Below, piece after piece: positions 1-9,100 of a stretch of 50,548 bases of DNA. The notes under the pieces were generated by a model, which was not told where the DNA came from, ran no database searches, and worked only from the letters and a program-made list of their open reading frames with translations. The first letter of the stretch is position 1; every line of letters begins with the position of its first letter. Both the position numbers and the translations under genes were made by a program. This DNA is from Barthelona sp. PAP020 (taxonomy: Eukaryota), in the NCBI GenBank assembly GCA_040182905.1, contig JARQWU010000044.1:1-50548 (forward strand), in the 5' to 3' direction.

Positions 1-164
1 TTTTTTGTTCTTTTTTTTTTTTTTTTTCATTTATTTCATGAACAGAATTTTTTTCCAGTATTGTAATAAAATTGAGTAAAAAAAGGTACTTCAAATTGTT
101 AACAAAAATGAAATTGAAGCTAATCAGCCCATTTGACAATTTATCAACACTTTCAAAAGAAATT

Positions 165-368
165 TGATCAACTTATGAAATTTCTATATAAATTTCCAAA
201 GAAAGAAAAAAGAGAAAACGTATTTAAGCAAAATTATATAGTTTTAACTTTCACTTTTGAAACATTAAAGGTCTTAAGAGATCAATCGACTTGAAGGCCT
301 TTAACCAAATAAATATTCTTATTTCTTATTCACTCATACGTTCAGTGCTTCTTCTTGACTTGAAAATA
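165..368 (+). repeat. Dispersed non-coding repeat, copy A (inverted relative to copy B)
   Basis: Aligns by eye to the reverse complement of 1632-1830: aagcaaaattatatagttttaacttt vs aagcaaaattttaaagtttaaacttt; agatcaatcg; ttaaccaaataaa; core ttattcactcatacgttcagtgcttctt. Outer boundary approximate. Confidence 0.75.
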
Positions 369-488
369 GACAACTTTAAAATATTAAACAAAACCTTCTT
401 CCAACAATAAAAACTAAATAAATATTTTTACATATGGTAGATACGTATACCCAACACTGTTAAGTACAATAAATAAAATGAAAAAAAT

Positions 489-1490
489 TCACCTGGACAT
501 CTGAGAAAATTGATTAGGCATATGACTCTGTTGTTGTGGTTGTTGCCCTTGAAATAATTGACTAGCAGGAAAGCTGAACTGCTGATTCATTGGGTTGTGT
601 GTTGTTTGTCTCACTTGAGGGGCAAATTGAGGTGAAATAGCATTTGGCATTGTAGTAAACATTTGATTAGGTACATTACTCACATTAAAATTATTAAAAC
701 CACGGTTTATTTGCAGTTGAGGAGGATAATAGAAAGGTTGTTGATTTCTATTGGGAACATTCCGTATTAAATGTGATTGTTGTGGTGGTTGATTTACAGG
801 ATATGTGTAAGGTGATTGTTGTTGTTTAACTTGTTTTAATTGTTGTTGTGGTAGTACTTGTTGTTGTTGTTGTTGTTGTTGTTGTTGAGGTAATGATTGT
901 GGTTGAGAAAATTGTTGTTGCGGCTGAATTTTGCTCATCGCTGTTATATTAACACCTGTTTTGATTGTGTTGTAACTTTCACTTGGATTTTGAGAGTCAA
1001 AAACCTGATTATTCTTTGGAACAACATTTGAATTGTTTGAAACAACTGTCTTTAACGAAATTAATGGAGAAACATTCCTGGAAGATAAAAGATGCGATAA
1101 ATTCTTTTGTTGATTCAAATAACGAGGAATACCAAGAGGGAAGATTACAGAATTAGTCTTGGAAATAACCATTTTTGTATTTTTTAATGAGTACTTATCA
1201 TTAGGTAAAGAATGCTCAAGCGATTTAAGGAATTTTTTTCGACATGCACTGTTATTTTGTCGGTTTCGACTGAAAACAGTTGCAGAATCTAAATATTTTG
1301 ATGTCATTATTGATGCAAATATACCATCATCATCAAGTTTGGGTAGATTATAATTAAATAAAAAATTTTTTGGAATTTGAAGATTAGCATATTTGGAACT
1401 TGGAATCGTAAATGTAGGATTAACTCCAACACTCACATCAGAATTTAAAAACGTTTGAGGTACAATTCCATAATCAGAGGAGGTATTCAT
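489..1490 (-). CDS. Hypothetical 333-aa protein with Gln/Pro/Asn-rich low-complexity C-terminal half
   Basis: ORF track 489..1850, with the start moved to the ATG at 1488-1490 (MNTSSDYG...). The upstream in-frame part is homopolymer-derived F/K-rich sequence overlapping repeat copy B. Stop TGA at 489-491. No recognisable domain. Confidence 0.7.
   Translation of the reverse strand: MNTSSDYGIVPQTFLNSDVSVGVNPTFTIPSSKYANLQIPKNFLFNYNLPKLDDDGIFASIMTSKYLDSATVFSRNRQNNSACRKKFLKSLEHSLPNDKYSLKNTKMVISKTNSVIFPLGIPRYLNQQKNLSHLLSSRNVSPLISLKTVVSNNSNVVPKNNQVFDSQNPSESYNTIKTGVNITAMSKIQPQQQFSQPQSLPQQQQQQQQQQVLPQQQLKQVKQQQSPYTYPVNQPPQQSHLIRNVPNRNQQPFYYPPQLQINRGFNNFNVSNVPNQMFTTMPNAISPQFAPQVRQTTHNPMNQQFSFPASQLFQGQQPQQQSHMPNQFSQMSR
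858..887 (-). repeat. (CAA)10 coding microsatellite, poly-Gln
   Basis: Ten perfect ttg units on the + strand, translating to PQQQQQQQQQQV. Confidence 0.95.
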
Positions 1491-1631
1491 AAGAAAAATA
1501 TTTTGTTGTAAAAAAAAAAATTGTTTTACTTTACACTTGCAAATTAGAACTTGTAACTTTTTTTTTTCACTCTTAATAACAAAATTCTTCCAAAAAAAGC
1601 AAACAAAAAAAAAATAAAATGGTAACCCAAT

Positions 1632-1830
1632 ATTATTTCCAAGCCAAGAAGCACTGTGCGTATGAGTGAATAAAAAAGAAGTGTTTATTTGGTTAAGCTT
1701 TTGAGGCCGATTGATCTGTTGAAAAACTTTAGATTTTCTAAGGTAAAGTTTAAACTTTAAAATTTTGCTTTTGCAAAAATACAAAAAAATAGGAATGAAG
1801 AATTTTTCCGAAATTTTCATACTTGATGAC
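1632..1830 (-). repeat. Dispersed non-coding repeat, copy B
   Basis: Reverse complement of 1632-1673 (ttattcactcatacgcacagtgcttcttggcttggaaataat) matches 1961-2002 at 40/42 nt. Looser similarity to 165-368 over about 200 nt. Confidence 0.8.
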
Positions 1831-1920
1831 CAAAGTTCAATTGCAGTCACTCATTTTCTGTGGCTGAGATTTAATGAAATGAGTTATCTATGATCACTTT
1901 TTCTTTGTAAATAAATATAG

Positions 1921-2070
1921 TTGTTTCACAACTTGACCAATTGTTTCAAAACTTAACCAATTATTCACTCATATGCACAGTGCTTCTTGGCTTGAAAATA
2001 ATCCAGTTGTTTCAAAATTGGACCAATAAACACCATTCTTTTTTTGTTCACTCATACCCACAGTACTTAT
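1921..2070 (+). repeat. Tandem partial copies C and D of the same repeat, plus a 20-mer present three times
   Basis: 20-mers ttgtttcacaacttgaccaa (1921-1940), ttgtttcaaaacttaaccaa (1941-1960) and ttgtttcaaaattggaccaa (2007-2026). Cores at 1961-2002 and about 2044-2070 (ttgttcactcatacccacagtactta). Confidence 0.8.
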
Positions 2071-2154
2071 TCCTAAGAAAAGGTACCTTACAACTAATTT
2101 CCAAAGGTTCAAAGAAAAAAAAGATTTAATTAATTTAATTTTCTTTTTTTTCTT

Positions 2155-2862
2155 TTAATTTCCATTGAAGAATAATACAAATATCCATGTTCCTGAAAAC
2201 AAAAATAAAAAATTCACATCATCTGTCTTCAAACTTGATCTTTTGACATGAAGTCTTCAAAATTTCCAAATTGGATTGGATTCCCAAATTCTCACTTTAG
2301 TTTGATAATCCTTCAAGAGCACCCATTTCAAGATTAATTCAAATGGCTTTTGTTCTTTGATAAAAAAGTCTTCCGTATCAGCTTGTGTATGTTAAATGTC
2401 ATTTGCAGAACCATTGAATTTGAAAAAGAAACCAAAACAATATATATGATAAACTAATGTAAATTTTGTTCACAATACTTCAAACATCTCAATCAAACTC
2501 TTCCCTTGACGATTTTTATAACCATTAAAACAATTTTGGGTCTTTTGCCAGCTGCAGTTTCTCTTTTGAATCACATTAGTTTGAATACCCATTTTTCTTC
2601 TGAATTTTTTTTCGTTCTGTGAAAATTGATCAATGTTTCAAAAAAGAAGTAAGAAAAAATGGTGTGTAAAAAATAATGTGAGAGTTGTCCACAAGCTGTC
2701 TATCTTTGACAAATTGAAATTTGCTGCTATTCCCTTTTCCTTGAATACGAAACTTAACCATTTATTTTTCCAAAATTTTTGACCTTCAACAAGTGACCAG
2801 AAGAAACTTTGCACTTTTAAAATATATATTTCAAATATATTGCAGTTAACAATTTCCCACAT
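2155..2862 (-). pseudogene. Possible decayed coding sequence, product unknown
   Basis: One minus-strand frame runs 236 codons from ATG 2860-2862 to TAA 2155-2157 with only four internal stops (2638, 2470, 2392, 2257). Part reads protein-like (DTEDFFIKEQKPFELILKWVLLKDYQTKVRIWE). No homology recognised. Confidence 0.25.
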
Positions 2863-3164
2863 CGAATAGGACTGTCCTCTCCGCTGGACAACAATGGAAC
2901 AAAAGAGTAAAAACTGAGAGGTTCCTGCAAGGAACGCTTTACCAAGTTCAATAAAGATAAAGATTTGTTATTTACGAATCACTTGAGGGGTTAATTCTCA
3001 AGTTTGGAAAGTTTTGGAAAACTTTTCGTACAAAAGAAAAATAAAAATATAAACTTTTTACAGAACTTCAACTTCATGTAAAATAAATATGTTTTGAAGA
3101 AACAAAACAAAACCATAGAGGGTTGCTTTTTTCTTTCTTTTTTTTGAAGTGCTTAACAAATGAA

Positions 3165-6100
3165 TTATTCGTCATCACTACTCTCTTCATCACTGTCATC
3201 AAGTGTGTTGAGTGTTCTCTTGTTGACATTTATCTTACGTTTTCCAGCCAATTTGAGAGCAGAGGCAAACGTTTGAGCTGTAACTTTAGGTTCATCACCA
3301 GAAACCATTTCATCAACAAGTTTTTTGGCTTTTTGTTCGGCTTTGACTGATTGCAAAGCTGATTTGAAAGCACCAATAGCATTTCCAAGTTCTTGATCCT
3401 TGTTTTCACGAGCAGACTTGATGAGGCTTTCCTTATCCGTACTTTCACCTTTAACTTTAGCAGAAAGACTGGCAGAAACCAATTTGGACACAATTCCCTT
3501 GAATTGCTTCTTAGCAGCCTTCTTTTCTCTTAATTTGGGAAGACTGTCAATCAATTCAGGAGCATGATCTTGAATGAGATTCATCAAGAAGTTGTGAAGA
3601 ATTTTGCATTGTTCTTCATCAAGATGAAGAGGAATATGTGAAGTGAAAGCTTCTTCTGTTGCCCTGATTAAAGCCAGAATTTCATTGCTATAGTCAGACT
3701 TGAATGAAGCACCCATGACTTGAGTTAAGATGCGCAATTTGGCTGTGACAATATTATAAGGATATTGTTGTGATTCAATAGCGAAGAACAACTCGGCTAG
3801 AATTTCGGAAATGAGAGGATTTCTGAGTTGATAACCCAAAAGATCTGCATCAGTCTTTGGAGCAAGTAATTTAGGGAACACATTGTCAGTATCAACATTT
3901 GTGATAGATTCAGTCAGAGCCAAAGGTTCCAACAACTTTTGAAGAATTCTCATGAATGTAATAACTTCTTCAGCAGAAAGAGGCAATGTGCTCTTACCGG
4001 CTTGAACGAATCTGGACATTAATGCCTTTTCAGCAACATCCATAACACTAGTGGGTAAGTGTTTGAGTTGGTGACGAATCTTTTCAATCTTTGAAACAGG
4101 AATGACAAAATGATCACCTTTAGTGGAATATTCATCGAAGATTTCTTGAATAGGTGCTTGAGCATCTGCTAATAATTTCTCAAATCTCTTGAGAACATTT
4201 TCTTGTAAGTATAATACACGTTTCTTTTGATGTGATTGATTCATAGATGCCAAGACATCATCATCACCACGTCCAATACCTTTACCATCAAGGTTGGAAA
4301 TGATATTGAAAAGACGTCCAGCTTCTTCAGGAGAAATCACATGTTGAGTTTCAATAGAATCAGGAGCAATGAGTCTTCTTGGAGAAGAAATGTCCTGTAA
4401 TAGAGAAATAATAACATTTGATTGATTGGAATTCAATTTGACAGAATTGTTAGAATCAGCAGCATTCTTCATTTTCATAAGAATAGCCTTTTCAATTTCA
4501 TCAAGAGAAGTATCAGGAATTGAAGAAGTAAATTTAAGAATGAATTGAATGGCACTTGGTCCAATAGAAACGGAAGAACTGATGTGAACTTCATTACGTA
4601 ATTGTTCAATGAAATCAGAAATTCCACGTGAAGCTTGATCTAACAATTTCGAAATGGTTTGACATTGTCTTAATGTGAAATTCACATCACCAGGTTGATT
4701 TGCAAAGAATCGAGCAAACATCAACTCAATAACATCAATTTCAGCTGGAGATAATTGATTAGAAACAACTGTTTCAAGCAATCTAATAATGCTACCGAAA
4801 TCTTCTTTGTCAATAGATTCAGGGATTTCCCAATGATTGGTCAATATTATTTGTTTAGCTTCATCTGAAACTGAAGAATTTCTCAAGATCTTAATCAAAG
4901 TTTGAATTTCTTGATTTGACAACATACAAGGACTCTTTTCATTGTTGGATGAAATGATCTTTTGTAATAAAGTTGTTTCTTTTTCACTGGCTTCACTCAA
5001 TTTCAATTTTTTGAATAACTCGATCAATCTTTCCAATTCATGTACTTCAAAAGTCAACAAACTATTTCTGATCAAGGAAGTGTTGAGGGATGTCAACCAT
5101 TCATCCTTTGGATCAACAGTTTCAGCCTTCTTTTCTTCAACATTATCAGTTGGTTGCATTAAAATTTCAGCCAAGACACGTTTGGTTGGATCAAAAGCTT
5201 TCATTTTAGAATTTAACACTTCAGGATCACCAGAAACTGTAATCAAATTGGCAGGTTCCTTCTCAAACATTTCGATTACTTTCTTTAAAACAACAGCTAA
5301 TCTCCAGGCTTTCTTAGCACCTAATGGGAAAGGAGCACCAGAGCTTCTTGCATTGATTATTTCAATAGTAACAGCAGCCTGTTTCGGCTTGAGATTATTA
5401 ATATGCATTCTTGCTACAACCATAGCAATACGTTCAACTTCAACAGGAGAAAGTATCACTTTTCTTTTTGCCTTTGCGTTGTCTTCAAGATGTTCAATCA
5501 TCTTGTTGATAGCAGGATCAGTAGGAAGATAAGAAGGTTTCTTTGCTTTGTGGATAAGATCTAAAACAGAATCAACATCCTTAACTTCAAGAGAAATGGT
5601 CACACCAGCGTACAATGAACGAGATAATTTTGTGATAATGTTAGCTTCTTTGGAAGTCATGATGGGAACAGGTACTCTGTTCAACAATGTAACCAAACAT
5701 TCAGCCTCCAAGGGAGACAATGTAAATACATCAGAACCCTTACTTCTCCTACCAAAATCAAGGGAGTTAGCCAATTTAACAGCCATATTATCAACTTCTT
5801 GTGCATTGGGCAAGTTTTCATCAATAACCAAATATTTGTTCAAGACACCGAGATGATTATGAGTCAAAACCAAAGGTACATTTGCATGAATAGCTTCTGC
5901 AATATCAGCGACAACACCTGTATCTTCATCAGAGAGACGATTAGGAGCAATTGTTGTCATTAATTTAGCAATTCTCTTCAGTTGTCTAGGTTGCATTTCA
6001 GCATCTTCATTGGCTTGGTACAAAGTCTTAAGACTCTTAATTAGTTCCTCATTTTGAGTGACGATTTGTTGAACTTCTTCATCATCTTCTTCTTCATCAT

Positions 6101-9100
6101 CAGAAACATTTTTGCTACCAAGATTAACAGAACCACCAACAGTGTTGAGTAAAGCAGCAACAAGAGCTCTGCTATCACGTTTGGGAACCACAGGAGCATT
6201 TCTTTCAGCCTTACGACTTGATGTTGGTCTAGAAACAGAAACCATGACATCTTCATCAGATTCTTCATCAGAAGACAAGTTCAACATGTTGTTGAATTCA
6301 TCAATGTTACCATCAATCAAATCATCTTCTTCATCCAAATCAAGCATTGGTAAATTGCCAGTTGATTCATATAATTTTCGAAGACGAGGATCACCTAATT
6401 TGTTCTTTGTTTCCTTTTCTTGTAACTTTTCATCAAGTCTCTTTCTCATGGCAGAAGCACTAGATTCACTGGATACACGATCTCTGTTAACCATAACAGC
6501 ACCAAGAGTAAGCGCTAAAGCACCAATGGCTTTAACAGCAGGATGATCTTTTGTAACAATAATTTTGTTTTCTTCTTCTTCTTTCAGTTTTTGTTCCTTG
6601 GCTTTTCTTCTGCAAATGATAATTGTAACAATGATACCAATTAAAAGAAGAGGACCACCAATACCAGCAAACCAAACCCATGTGGGAATTTGTTCTTCAA
6701 CAACAACATAAGTTCTGAGTTCCTTTCCTTCAATATTGAAGGGTCTGATTGTATTGAATTCAGTAACTTCAGTTCCAGAAGTTACATTAAGACTGACATG
6801 AAGATATCCAGTTCTATCAAAAGACAACTTGGGAGCACTGAACCAGAAACCAGCTGCAATGATTTGGAAATCACCACCTGATGAATCAAAGTTCAGAGTG
6901 TCAGAATCCAAAGTTAATTTATTGAATCCAACCTCCAACTCATTAGTTGCATTTGGTTTTTCAACACCATATTTAATAAACACGGTGGCATCATCAATGT
7001 CATTGCAACCATAGCTACCTTCGTCAGGATTCCAAACAGGAACTGAACTAGAGAAACAATAAGAAGCGCTGTTAATGGACAAAGTGTAAGAACTACTTGT
7101 AGTAATATAATTACTGTTTATCAAAGGAACTAAATTAACATAAGATCTGACATAAACAATGGACTCATATTCAAAAGGTCCCATAAATCCAGTCAAAGCT
7201 TCTTCTTCAGTAATTTTAGCAGTTGCAGTCAAAATAGAAGGACTGAAAATAGTGTTAACAGCACTATCAAGATCAGCATCTTCAATAACATTGTAAGTTT
7301 CACCAATTTCATGCAAAATGTGAACACGCTTTTCTTCATCTTTCACACATTCACTATCAGTTTCACAATTCAATAAATCGAATGAATATCTGAATGAATT
7401 AGCAAAAGTCAAAGGATCAGTAACATCAGTAACATTACTTTCAACAATGAAATCTTGAATATAAGCAGGAAGATAGTCATCTACAACAGCAGTGATGGTA
7501 ATGTTATTTTCTCCATTGGAAGAATGGAAAGGATCAGTCAAAATTGAAGGATTCGCCAAGGCAAATATTGATTTGACTGTGACTCTCATTCGGAAATATA
7601 TGTTGAAATATCCATGACTTTCAGTAACTTTCAACTTTGTAGTTTCAACCAACACAGGGAATGAACAACCACGAGCATTATAACAAATGTTACAATTTGT
7701 ATCGTTGAGATCACATGTTCCATAGTAGACATTCTTCAAACCCAACGTAAAATCATTTGTGAATGTCTTTTTTGTTTTGTAAAGAACTGTTGGATTATCT
7801 GTTAATGAATCACCAATTTGAACAACAGAGAAATAAACACTTCCGTAGTAACTGATAATAGGTGTGTTATTATGTAAATGATATGATAAAAGTGATGAAA
7901 GATCAGATCCACGACAGACTGAAAGATCCTTCAGACTGAACTTACCATAGTAAGTCAAAGAATTGCAAGAATCATTCGTAACTTTCCAAACACTAGGCAT
8001 GGGAGGATATGAACGATAATTACCACCAAGAGCTCTTTCAACAGAGGCATGTGGTGCACTAGTCTTAAAATCTTCAACAGTACCACCAATTACGGCAGAG
8101 TACAAACGATTTTCACAATTGTTAGGTTCATTGAACTTTCTAGTGACATCATATTCTTCAAAATCAAGAATAAGAGATACACCACCACGAATATAATCAT
8201 AAGAAACAGTAAAATCAAAAGCGTTTGATTCAGTGGCTTTGAAAGTTATTGCTGTATTCTTCAATTCAGCAACATCATCTGGCATCATTAAGACACCTTC
8301 ACAAGTATCAACAACAGGATCAGTGTTATAATAGAAGTCAGGACATGTTCCAGTAATTGGTTGTCCAGAACTATCAACAGTCATACAAACACCATCAGTT
8401 CCACAATAACCACAGAATGGTTTAGAAGCACAAACAGTTGGTGAAGTAATAGAGGCACAATTCGTCAAACAATCAAGACCATCAAAACCATAGTTACATT
8501 CACATTCATCAGGAACACAATAACCATGATCAATATCAATATCACCATAACCAACATGATAACCACCAGTACGAACATAAGTTAAACCAGTTTGATTCAA
8601 AACAACATCAACTAAAGGTAAGAAAAGGATACCTTGATTGATGATCTCAAGTTTGGGGAAAGACATATTGTGACTTATGGTAACAACACCAGAATTCATT
8701 CTTAAATAATCGATAGTAGGCCAATAGGTAGAATCAGTTCTGTTTTCAACAACAAAACTCAATCCACCTTGACAGAAGGATCTCCAACGAACAGAATCTT
8801 GAATTTCATAGGTAGATAATTCTCTTGAAATAACAGGACAGCTAATGGTAACATATAAAGGAACTGAAGGATTGGTAATTGTAGTGTTATCAAGAATTTT
8901 GACAGTTCCTGCAGAAATGGTGAATTCACCACCATTCAAAATGAAATTACCTTGCAATTTAACACTATCACTCTCCAAATGAATAAAACCGTTTGAAGAC
9001 TTGGTTTCTGAAGCAGAAGTGAAAACAACATCATCAGCACCAAGAGTAATATTTCCTTCATTGGTAAGTTTACCGGCATTGGTAAAATCACTTCCATCAT

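Noticed and set aside
965..1353. Plus-strand ORFs 965-1156 and 1159-1353
   Set aside because: Short, non-ATG starts, and antisense to the Q-rich CDS.
1491..1850. 120-aa N-terminal extension of the 453-aa ORF
   Set aside because: Begins at GTG, is F/K-rich from poly-A/T runs, and overlaps non-coding repeat copy B. The ATG at 1490 is more plausible.
1921..2070. CRISPR-like array
   Set aside because: Repeats are degenerate, adjacent or irregularly spaced, the intervening segments resemble each other, and the context is eukaryotic with no cas genes.
2155..2862. TGA reassignment explaining the interrupted frame
   Set aside because: No in-frame TGA occurs in 15,270 codons of the giant gene, the Q-rich gene ends in TGA, and one of the interrupting stops is TAA.
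2825..2900. Minus-strand resemblance to U1 snRNA (atgtgggaaa...actgca...atttg)
   Set aside because: No 5' ACUUACC splice-site pairing sequence, no AUUGCAC loop, and no proper Sm site with terminal stem.
2913..2940. ctgagag plus hairpin as a hammerhead ribozyme or TPP riboswitch
   Set aside because: Lacks GAAA after stem II (hammerhead) and lacks the ACCTGATC/TAAT half (TPP).
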